DNA of 64,000 bases from Clostridia bacterium. Lineage in GTDB: Bacteria > Bacillota > Clostridia > Oscillospirales > SIG627. How positions within the stretch are numbered: position 1 is the first letter of the stretch; each line of letters opens with the position of its first letter. The translations under genes and the position numbers were made by a program. Shown here piece by piece: positions 57,509 through 64,000 of the stretch. Below the pieces are notes generated by a model. It saw nothing but the letters and a program-made list of their open reading frames with translations. It made no database searches and had not been told where the DNA came from. The stretch is from NCBI GenBank assembly GCA_017517325.1, contig JAFWZW010000018.1, positions 8,061-72,060 of the forward strand, read 5' to 3'.

Positions 57509-58868
57509 TGTTGTCCTCTGTTTCTGCGGTGTGAACGGTGATGCTTCCCACCTGATAGAAAGCGCCCTTGCGGGGAGCATCGGTAGCAAAATAGACCACG
57601 TCTGCGTGGGGGCTCGTAAGAGCGATTTCAAGGGTGTATTCCCCTGAGGCCAAATGTTTCGGAAGCTTTGCCATAAGATTTTCGGTGTGGGTGCCGGGCA
57701 GCCATCTGCGAATATCAATGCTCTGCTCAAATTCATAGTTTTGTCCGCCGCCCGCAAGTCTCAGCACCAAAGGCAGGGACTTGTAGCAGGGAGCAACGCC
57801 TACATTGTTGACCGCAAGGGTCAAGCAGATCTCATCCTCGGCAGAAGCCTCTTGAGGAAAGGCAACGCTTTCGATGGAAAAGTGGTAGCCCATTCTGCTG
57901 ATCCAATATTCGCACTTCTCCTTCCATTCGGTAGGAATGGGCATGGATTTGGGGTTGAAGGAGCTGATATGCCACTCTAAGGTCTTTTCGATGATGGGAT
58001 CGATTTCCCACCCCTGACGCTTCCATTCACAAAGCCACCAATAGGCCTCGAAGGAGACGGGGGCTAACCGCCACTGCTCCGGCATTTTTTCAATGCGTGC
58101 GGGATAATGCTCTTCCGTGTGACTGGGCTCACCCAAGCCGTCACCGCGCCAGCCCAGCTCGGTATACTTTTTCGCATATTCCACAAGGTGCGGGCGGGTA
58201 AGCTGGGTAAGAAGCTGGGTGGTGGGAAACGCCGCAGCATAGGTATCGATAATGGTTTTAAAAAGATCCTCGGGGTAAAGCTTCAAGCGGTTTCCCTCTC
58301 CCCAGGCACCGGGCAGAGAAATATCCACCGCGTCCAGCCATGGGTTAGAATCAAAGCGGTTTCCCAAAGCCGTAACGGCCTTTAAAAAAAGCTCCATAAA
58401 AAGTGGATCCGTAGGCGAGGCCTTCACCCGCTCCATAGGGGGCCTCTCGGGGCAATCCACCAGGCTCTTCAGCCACTCAGGCACGTCGTCCTCCGCACGG
58501 GTACTGTGTGCCATCAAGCGGAAGGTCACGGTTTGCTGATGGCGCTTTGCTTCGTTTAAAATCTCTTCGATAAAATCGTAGTTATAAACGCCCTGTTCAG
58601 GCTCAAATTCCTTCCACAAAATGCGGATATAGACTACGCTGCTATCAGGATACCAGCCTTCGTTTCTGCCGTTTTCTTCCGCATCGGCAGAAATCGGGTA
58701 GCATTCCACCCGCTCCGTCTCCGTCATTTTGTTTTCAGGCTTTACAACGATATCGGAATACATTTTTTCACCGCGAAAATGTTGAAACGACATAAAGCCG
58801 ATATACGGATTCTGCCCTTCCTCAACGCGATATTCAAACCGATTGGTTTTCGTAGGATTTCTCAGCAT
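57501..58868 (-). CDS. glycoside-hydrolase-like TIM-barrel protein (DUF4874/DUF4832-like)
   Basis: NPYIGFMSF near the N-terminus and ILWKEFEPEQGVYNYDFIEEIL resemble GH42/DUF4832-type proteins. Start at ATG 58868 behind AAAGGAG. No signal peptide. Confidence 0.4.
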   Translation of the reverse strand: MLRNPTKTNRFEYRVEEGQNPYIGFMSFQHFRGEKMYSDIVVKPENKMTETERVECYPISADAEENGRNEGWYPDSSVVYIRILWKEFEPEQGVYNYDFIEEILNEAKRHQQTVTFRLMAHSTRAEDDVPEWLKSLVDCPERPPMERVKASPTDPLFMELFLKAVTALGNRFDSNPWLDAVDISLPGAWGEGNRLKLYPEDLFKTIIDTYAAAFPTTQLLTQLTRPHLVEYAKKYTELGWRGDGLGEPSHTEEHYPARIEKMPEQWRLAPVSFEAYWWLCEWKRQGWEIDPIIEKTLEWHISSFNPKSMPIPTEWKEKCEYWISRMGYHFSIESVAFPQEASAEDEICLTLAVNNVGVAPCYKSLPLVLRLAGGGQNYEFEQSIDIRRWLPGTHTENLMAKLPKHLASGEYTLEIALTSPHADVVYFATDAPRKGAFYQVGSITVHTAETEDNNG

Positions 58869-59009
58869 CGTTTTCACTCCTTTATTCGGTTGCGTCATTT
58901 TATCACACCCTAACGAAAAAATCAACTACTTTGATACTCACGAAAAAACGCTTTTCTTCAAGAAATTTTCAATCTTTCGTGGTATAATGAAATAAGGGGA
59001 GGTGGGCCT

Positions 59010-59693
59010 ATGAGAATATTACTGGTAGAAGACGAAAAAAGAATGGCGCAGGCCCTTTGCCAGATCCTGCGTCTTGAAAAATACGAGGTCGACCATTTCG
59101 AAACCGGTACCGAGGGGCTGATGGCGCTGGAAAGCGGCTTTTACGACGTCGCCATTCTTGACGTTATGCTCCCCGGAATGAGCGGATACGAGATCACGAA
59201 AAATGCACGGAAAAAGGGCATTGGAACGCCCATTCTGATGCTGACGGCACTGGCAGAGGTTGACCATAAGGTCACGGGGCTTGACAGCGGTGCCGACGAT
59301 TATCTGACGAAGCCCTTTATGACCAAAGAATTTCTTGCCCGCATCCGCGCCCTTGGAAGAAGGGGGAACGGCACCGCCGACGGGTATCTTTCCTTTGGGG
59401 ATATCACCCTGCATCAAAGCACCCTCACCCTGACCTGCACGAAAAGCGGACAAAGCGTAAGGCTGAGTGAAAAAGAATACCGCATTTTGGAATACCTCAT
59501 TGCAAACGGCGGCAGGATCCTCACCCGTGAACAGCTGGCGGTGAAGATATGGGGCTTTGAAAACGAGGCTGAATACAACAACGTGGAAGTATATATGTCC
59601 TTTACCCGCAAAAAGCTCTCCTTTGTGGAGGCACGTACCGAGATCAAGGCTGTGCGCGGGATCGGATACGAGCTGAGGTATGAGGATGTTTAA
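59010..59693 (+). CDS. OmpR-family response regulator
   Basis: Receiver domain (ILLVEDE, DVAILDVMLPGMSG, LTA, KPF) plus a winged-helix domain (VRGIGYEL). Confidence 0.9.
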   Translation: MRILLVEDEKRMAQALCQILRLEKYEVDHFETGTEGLMALESGFYDVAILDVMLPGMSGYEITKNARKKGIGTPILMLTALAEVDHKVTGLDSGADDYLTKPFMTKEFLARIRALGRRGNGTADGYLSFGDITLHQSTLTLTCTKSGQSVRLSEKEYRILEYLIANGGRILTREQLAVKIWGFENEAEYNNVEVYMSFTRKKLSFVEARTEIKAVRGIGYELRYEDV

Positions 59694-60942
59694 GAAATCA
59701 AGACGAAAGATCGTTGCTGCCATTATGTCGATCCTGGTGCTTTTGTGGATCGGCACCTTGGGCACCATCTATGCATCCAGTTATTTTGAAATGAAAAATC
59801 AAAATCAAAGGATGCTTCAAGCCCACGCTCAAATGTATTCCCTACCCGGTACCTTTGGAGAAGCACTTCCTCCTACCGGGCCCAAGCCGGGGGGTGAACA
59901 CAAATTTGCACCGGGCTTTGATCCCCAATCGCCTATGTTCCGCCTCTCCACCTTCTACACGGTTGCCGTATCTGAAAGCGGCGAGATCCTCGATATCAAA
60001 AACGATCCGCCCACGGTGCATACCAACGAGGACCTTGCGCTTCTGGCAAAAGCCATTCTTAAGGAGAACGATACCAACGGCACCAAAAAAAGCCTATCCT
60101 TTCATAAGACCGACAAGGGCGATTACACCCTGATCGCTTTTATGGATAACACCGTTTTTAACGAAAGCGCCACCACCCTGTTTCGCTACACCCTTCTTTT
60201 CGGCGGCGGTGCGCTTCTCCTATTCTTTTTTCTTTCGGTATACCTTGCAAGAAAGATCGTGGATCCTTTGGAAGAAAGCTATGAAAAGCAAAAGCAGTTC
60301 ATTTCCGATGCGGGGCACGAATTAAAAACACCCGTTTCGGTGGTCAGCGCCAACGCGGAGCTGCTGGAACGGGAGATCGGCGAAAATCTTTGGCTCCAAA
60401 ACATTCAATACGAAAACGAACGCATGGGAATGCTGGTAGCAAAGCTCCTGGAGCTGGCACGCACGGAAAACGTGACTCCGCAGATGGAGCAAATTGATCT
60501 CAGTCACCTGGTAGCAGGAGAAGCCCTGCCCTTTGAAAGCGTTGCCTTCGAAAAGGGGCTGGAGCTGAAATGTTGGATCGCAAAGGAGATCGGAGTGGAG
60601 GGAAATGCGGCAGAGTTAAAGCAGATCGTCTCCATTCTCCTTGATAATGCCATCGGTCACAGCAAGGGACAGGGTGAAGTATTCTTATCCCTTAAAAAGG
60701 AGAGGGGTTTTGCCGTCCTTTCCGTCATCAACAAAGGAGATGAAATTCCACCCGAGCAGCGCGCGCAGCTCTTTCAGCGCTTTTATCGCGCCGATCCCGC
60801 CAGAAGCGGCGAGGATCCCCATTACGGGCTGGGGCTTGCCATTGCCAAGGCCATCGTCACCTCTCACAAGGGCAGTATCGAAGTGCGTTGCTTTAACGGA
60901 CTGGTGGAATTTAAGGTGCAGATCCCCATTCGGAAACAATAA
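59680..60942 (+). CDS. sensor histidine kinase
   Basis: Two TM helices. H-box FISDAGHELKTP. N-box LLDNAIGHS. G-boxes (GLGLAIAK). Confidence 0.9.
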   Translation: MRMFKKSRRKIVAAIMSILVLLWIGTLGTIYASSYFEMKNQNQRMLQAHAQMYSLPGTFGEALPPTGPKPGGEHKFAPGFDPQSPMFRLSTFYTVAVSESGEILDIKNDPPTVHTNEDLALLAKAILKENDTNGTKKSLSFHKTDKGDYTLIAFMDNTVFNESATTLFRYTLLFGGGALLLFFFLSVYLARKIVDPLEESYEKQKQFISDAGHELKTPVSVVSANAELLEREIGENLWLQNIQYENERMGMLVAKLLELARTENVTPQMEQIDLSHLVAGEALPFESVAFEKGLELKCWIAKEIGVEGNAAELKQIVSILLDNAIGHSKGQGEVFLSLKKERGFAVLSVINKGDEIPPEQRAQLFQRFYRADPARSGEDPHYGLGLAIAKAIVTSHKGSIEVRCFNGLVEFKVQIPIRKQ

Positions 60943-61008
60943 GCTTTTTCAATCAAACTTCAATCTTCCTCCTGTACAATGATGCAACCAGAGTGCAGGA
61001 GGTTTTTT

Positions 61009-61752
61009 ATGGCGTTTCAAACCGTATTCAAGCGATATGAATTGAAATATCTGTTGACCCGTCAGCAAAAAGAAAAGGTGCTGGCAGAGGTGGAGCCGTA
61101 CATAAAGCCCGACCGTTACGGAGAGACCACCATCCGAAACCTTTACTTCGATACGGACAGCCACCTTCTGATCCGCCGCTCCATTGAAAAGCCCGTCTAT
61201 AAAGAAAAATTGCGGGTAAGAAGCTACGGCACGGCGGCCCCCGACAGCACAGTCTTCGTGGAGCTGAAAAAGAAATACAAAAAGGTCGTATATAAACGGA
61301 GGCTCTCTCTGCCTGAGGAAGAAGCGGTAAAATGGCTTTCGGGGGAAAAGCACACAAAGCAGAATACGCAGATCTCCCGAGAGATCGATTATTTTTTGAA
61401 GCTGTACGGAACCCTTCACCCCGCGGTATTCCTTTCTTACGATCGCTCGGCCTTCTATGCAAACGATGATTCCGATTTCCGCGTGACCTTTGATGACAAC
61501 ATCCTCTGCAGGCAGGAGGCGCTTTCCCTGCAATCCGAGCCTTACGGTACCCCTCTTCTTCCCCAAGGCATGGTTTTGATGGAAATCAAATGTGCAGGAG
61601 GCATTCCTCTTTGGATGACGGAGATCCTTTCGAGGGAGAGGATATACAAAACCTCTTTCTCCAAATACGGAACCGCATACCAAACTCTGATCTTCCCACA
61701 AAATCACAAAGTAAATTCCTATAACAGGCTGGAGGTAACAAAGCATGCTTGA
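61009..61752 (+). CDS. VTC-domain (polyphosphate-polymerase-like, CYTH fold) protein
   Basis: FKRYELKYLL...IRNLYFDT...LRVRSY...VELKKK pattern. Start at ATG 61009 behind CAGGAGG. Confidence 0.7.
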   Translation: MAFQTVFKRYELKYLLTRQQKEKVLAEVEPYIKPDRYGETTIRNLYFDTDSHLLIRRSIEKPVYKEKLRVRSYGTAAPDSTVFVELKKKYKKVVYKRRLSLPEEEAVKWLSGEKHTKQNTQISREIDYFLKLYGTLHPAVFLSYDRSAFYANDDSDFRVTFDDNILCRQEALSLQSEPYGTPLLPQGMVLMEIKCAGGIPLWMTEILSRERIYKTSFSKYGTAYQTLIFPQNHKVNSYNRLEVTKHA

Positions 61753-62437
61753 AATGGTTTTCAAAGGATTATTTGATACGGAGCTGACGGACGTGATCAG
61801 CGTAACCGACTTTTTGATCTGCCTCGGGGCATCCCTTCTCATCGGTGTTTTAATGGCACTTGCCTATATGATCCGCACCCGTTACACCAAAAGCTTTGTA
61901 GTAACGCTGGCACTGCTCCCTGCGGTGGTGTGCGTTGTGATCATGATGGTCAACGGCAACGTGGGAACGGGCGTGGCCGTGGCGGGGGCGTTCAGTCTGG
62001 TGCGGTTTCGCTCCGTGCCCGGAACGGCAAAGGAGATCTGCACCTTATTTCTGGCAATGGGTGCGGGGCTCATTGCGGGTATGGGGTATTTGGGCTTTTC
62101 CCTTCTTTTTACACTGGTTATGTGCGCCGCATTCATTCTTTACAATCTGCTGGATTTCGGCACCAAAAGGAACGCCGCCACCTTCAAGACCTTGACCGTC
62201 ACCATTCCAGAGGATCTGAATTACTCCGATCTTTTTGATGATATTTTTGCGGAATTTACCCGCTCACACGATCTTGTTCGGGTGAAAAGCACCAATATGG
62301 GCAGTATGTTCAAGCTCACCTACAACCTATCCCTCCGTGACGTTGCCCGAGAAAAAGAAATGATTGATCAGATCCGTCAGCGAAACGGAAATCTTGAGAT
62401 CTCCGTGTCTAAACAAGACCTCGGCACAGAATTATAA
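61745..62437 (+). CDS. DUF4956-like membrane protein
   Basis: Four TM helices with FSLVRFRS, plus a C-terminal soluble part. It overlaps the VTC gene by 8 nt, its usual partner. Confidence 0.6.
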   Translation: MLEMVFKGLFDTELTDVISVTDFLICLGASLLIGVLMALAYMIRTRYTKSFVVTLALLPAVVCVVIMMVNGNVGTGVAVAGAFSLVRFRSVPGTAKEICTLFLAMGAGLIAGMGYLGFSLLFTLVMCAAFILYNLLDFGTKRNAATFKTLTVTIPEDLNYSDLFDDIFAEFTRSHDLVRVKSTNMGSMFKLTYNLSLRDVAREKEMIDQIRQRNGNLEISVSKQDLGTEL

Positions 62438-62455
62438 GACAAAATTATAAGGGTA

Positions 62456-64000
62456 ATGAATATGAAAAAAGCTTTCGCATTTTTATGTACCGTTACGCTG
62501 GTATTCTCCCTTCTGGCAGGCTGTGGAATCCCTGCCAAAAGCACCCTCACCGCTGAAAAGGGTGAGGCCTCCCCTCCCCCTGCGGAGGTGGATTTTTCCA
62601 AAAACGAAGAGGATATGTTCACGGGGCGAGATGAGAAAACCGACTATGACGAAAGCGGTGCCGTGACCGTTACGCTTACGGGCACCTCCGCAAAGGCAAG
62701 CGCCGACTGCGTGAGGATCTCGGGCTCCAGAGTGACCCTCACCGAAGAAGCCACTTACGTGATATCAGGGAAGTTGACGGATGGAATGCTCATTGTAGAT
62801 GCTCCCGATACGGCAAAGCTTCAGCTTGTTTTCAACGGAGTGGATATTACCAGCAAGACCTCTGCGGCGCTATACGTTTTGGAGGCCGACAAGGTTTTCG
62901 TGACCCTGGGGAACAACACCGAAAACTCCCTTGCAAACGGTGGAAGCTTTGAAGCCATCGACGATAACAACATTGACGGCGCTCTTTTTTCAAAGCAGGA
63001 TCTGACCCTGAACGGAAGCGGGTCTCTCACCGTTACTTCTCCCGCGGGCCACGGCATCGTATGCAAGGACGATCTGGTTTTCACCGGCGGCACCTATACG
63101 GTCAATTCCGCCTCTCACGGGCTGGATGCCAACGACAGCATCCGCATTAAAAACGCATCCCTCACCGTAGATGCAGGCAAAGATGCCCTCCACGCAGAAA
63201 ACACTGACGACGCTTCCTTGGGCTTTATCTACGTTTCAAGCGGAACCGTAAAAGGGGAAGCTGAGGGTGACGGTATTTCCGCAGGCTCTTACCTGCAGAT
63301 CGGTGGCGGCACCGTTGATCTTTTGGCAGGGGGCGGTGCTGAAAACGGAGCCAAGGCCTCCTCCGATCATTTCGGCGGCTTTATGGGCGGCGGCAGACCC
63401 GGGGGGATGATGAAGCCCGAGCGCATGGATTTCAGCACGGATCTGACCGACGAAGCAAGCACCAGTATGAAAGGGCTCAAAGCAGGAAACGGTCTTCTGA
63501 TCTCAGGCGGCACCTTTACCATTGATTCTGCCGACGATGCCGTGCATTCAGATGCTTCCGTGACCGTAAACGGAGGTCCCTTTACCATTGCAACGGGTGA
63601 TGATGCCCTCCACGCAGAGGATACCCTGACCGTAACCGCAGGAAAGATCGATATTTCGCAGTGCTACGAGGGGCTGGAAGCAATGCACGTGGACGTGCAA
63701 GGGGGCGATATAGCCCTGAGGGCAACAGACGACGGGCTCAACGCCGCAGGGGGCACCGATCAAAGCGGCACCACCGGCGGGCGCGACGGTATGTTCGGCG
63801 GCGGCTTCGGCGGTCTGGGTGGCATGGGCGGAAGACCCGGCGGAATGGGCGGGGGCGGTATGTCCTCAGATTCCAACGGAAGCATCGCCATTTCAGGGGG
63901 CACCCTTTTGATCAATTCCTCCGGCGACGGCATTGACGCCAACGGCACCCTTTTGATCAGCGGCGGCTACACGGTGGTAGTGGGCCCCACCCAAGGCGAC
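62456..64000 (+). CDS. secreted lipoprotein, carbohydrate-binding / beta-helix-like family with Gly/Met-rich inserts (3' end cut by window edge)
   Basis: Open frame from ATG 62456/62462 to the window end. Lipobox LLAGCG. Repeated blocks of the type DDLVFTGGTYTV, SIRIKNASLTVDAGKDALHAEN and TVNGGPFTIATGDDALHAED. Not in the ORF track because it has no stop. Confidence 0.7.
   Translation, partial: MNMKKAFAFLCTVTLVFSLLAGCGIPAKSTLTAEKGEASPPPAEVDFSKNEEDMFTGRDEKTDYDESGAVTVTLTGTSAKASADCVRISGSRVTLTEEATYVISGKLTDGMLIVDAPDTAKLQLVFNGVDITSKTSAALYVLEADKVFVTLGNNTENSLANGGSFEAIDDNNIDGALFSKQDLTLNGSGSLTVTSPAGHGIVCKDDLVFTGGTYTVNSASHGLDANDSIRIKNASLTVDAGKDALHAENTDDASLGFIYVSSGTVKGEAEGDGISAGSYLQIGGGTVDLLAGGGAENGAKASSDHFGGFMGGGRPGGMMKPERMDFSTDLTDEASTSMKGLKAGNGLLISGGTFTIDSADDAVHSDASVTVNGGPFTIATGDDALHAEDTLTVTAGKIDISQCYEGLEAMHVDVQGGDIALRATDDGLNAAGGTDQSGTTGGRDGMFGGGFGGLGGMGGRPGGMGGGGMSSDSNGSIAISGGTLLINSSGDGIDANGTLLISGGYTVVVGPTQGD

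Noticed and set aside
60949-61842. 297-aa minus-strand ORF
   Set aside because: It is antisense to the VTC-domain gene, which has a good RBS and family motifs.
63360-63900. Gly-rich DNA considered as an independent repeat element or a collagen-like gene
   Set aside because: It is in frame within the long secreted-lipoprotein ORF and lacks a strict period. It is treated as low-complexity linkers of that protein.

Overview
A 64 kb chromosomal segment from a Gram-positive anaerobe. Gene content, lipobox signals and GGAGG ribosome-binding sites suggest Clostridia, possibly Oscillospiraceae-like, but I cannot confirm this without a database. All calls come from reading the ORF translations and DNA by eye; no HMM or BLAST search was run.

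Layout:
- 1-4.6 kb: ABC substrate-binding lipoprotein, a D-Ala-D-Ala carboxypeptidase, and an ArsR/CadC-type repressor with a P1B metal ATPase behind a consensus promoter and palindromic operator.
- 4.6-7.4 kb: a 900-aa orphan secreted protein.
- 7.5-18.7 kb, minus strand: the core rimP-nusA-ylxR-ylxQ-infB-rbfA-nrnA-truB operon, then a nucleotidyltransferase fusion and RNase J.
- 18.9-24.9 kb: miscellaneous hydrolase-like, lipoprotein and MFS genes.
- 25-47 kb: an accessory, conflict-flavoured stretch around a tRNA-Pro(CGG). It holds a TIR-like protein with a PP2C-like phosphatase. It also holds an odd tRNA locus, in which a consensus promoter drives two 196-bp tandem units that each open with the 5' end of the tRNA. 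Next comes an orphan FliB-like gene, then a tightly packed nine-gene minus-strand operon: kinase-like protein, PP2C, Hanks kinase, 4-TM protein, zinc-ribbon P-loop GTPase, 514-aa tail-anchored protein, membrane FHA protein, SEDS polymerase, class-B PBP. The stretch ends with a divergent 1965-aa protein (transglutaminase-like, DUF4011-like, SF1 helicase, REase-like, DUF3320-like) and an amidase.
- 47-64 kb: an AraC-controlled AtuA-like/DUF4387/M20/Fe-S hydro-lyase cluster, a BspA-type LRR protein, two tandem QueG/RdhA-like Fe-S paralogues with an AraC regulator, a GGDEF cyclase overlapping a glycosidase-like gene, and a two-component system followed by VTC/DUF4956/secreted beta-helix-like genes.

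I saw no rRNA, CRISPR array, transposase or integrase. The best candidate for an undescribed system is the 29.7-40.3 kb operon, especially its GTPase-centred middle. The giant helicase-nuclease next to it and the tRNA-Pro tandem units rank next.
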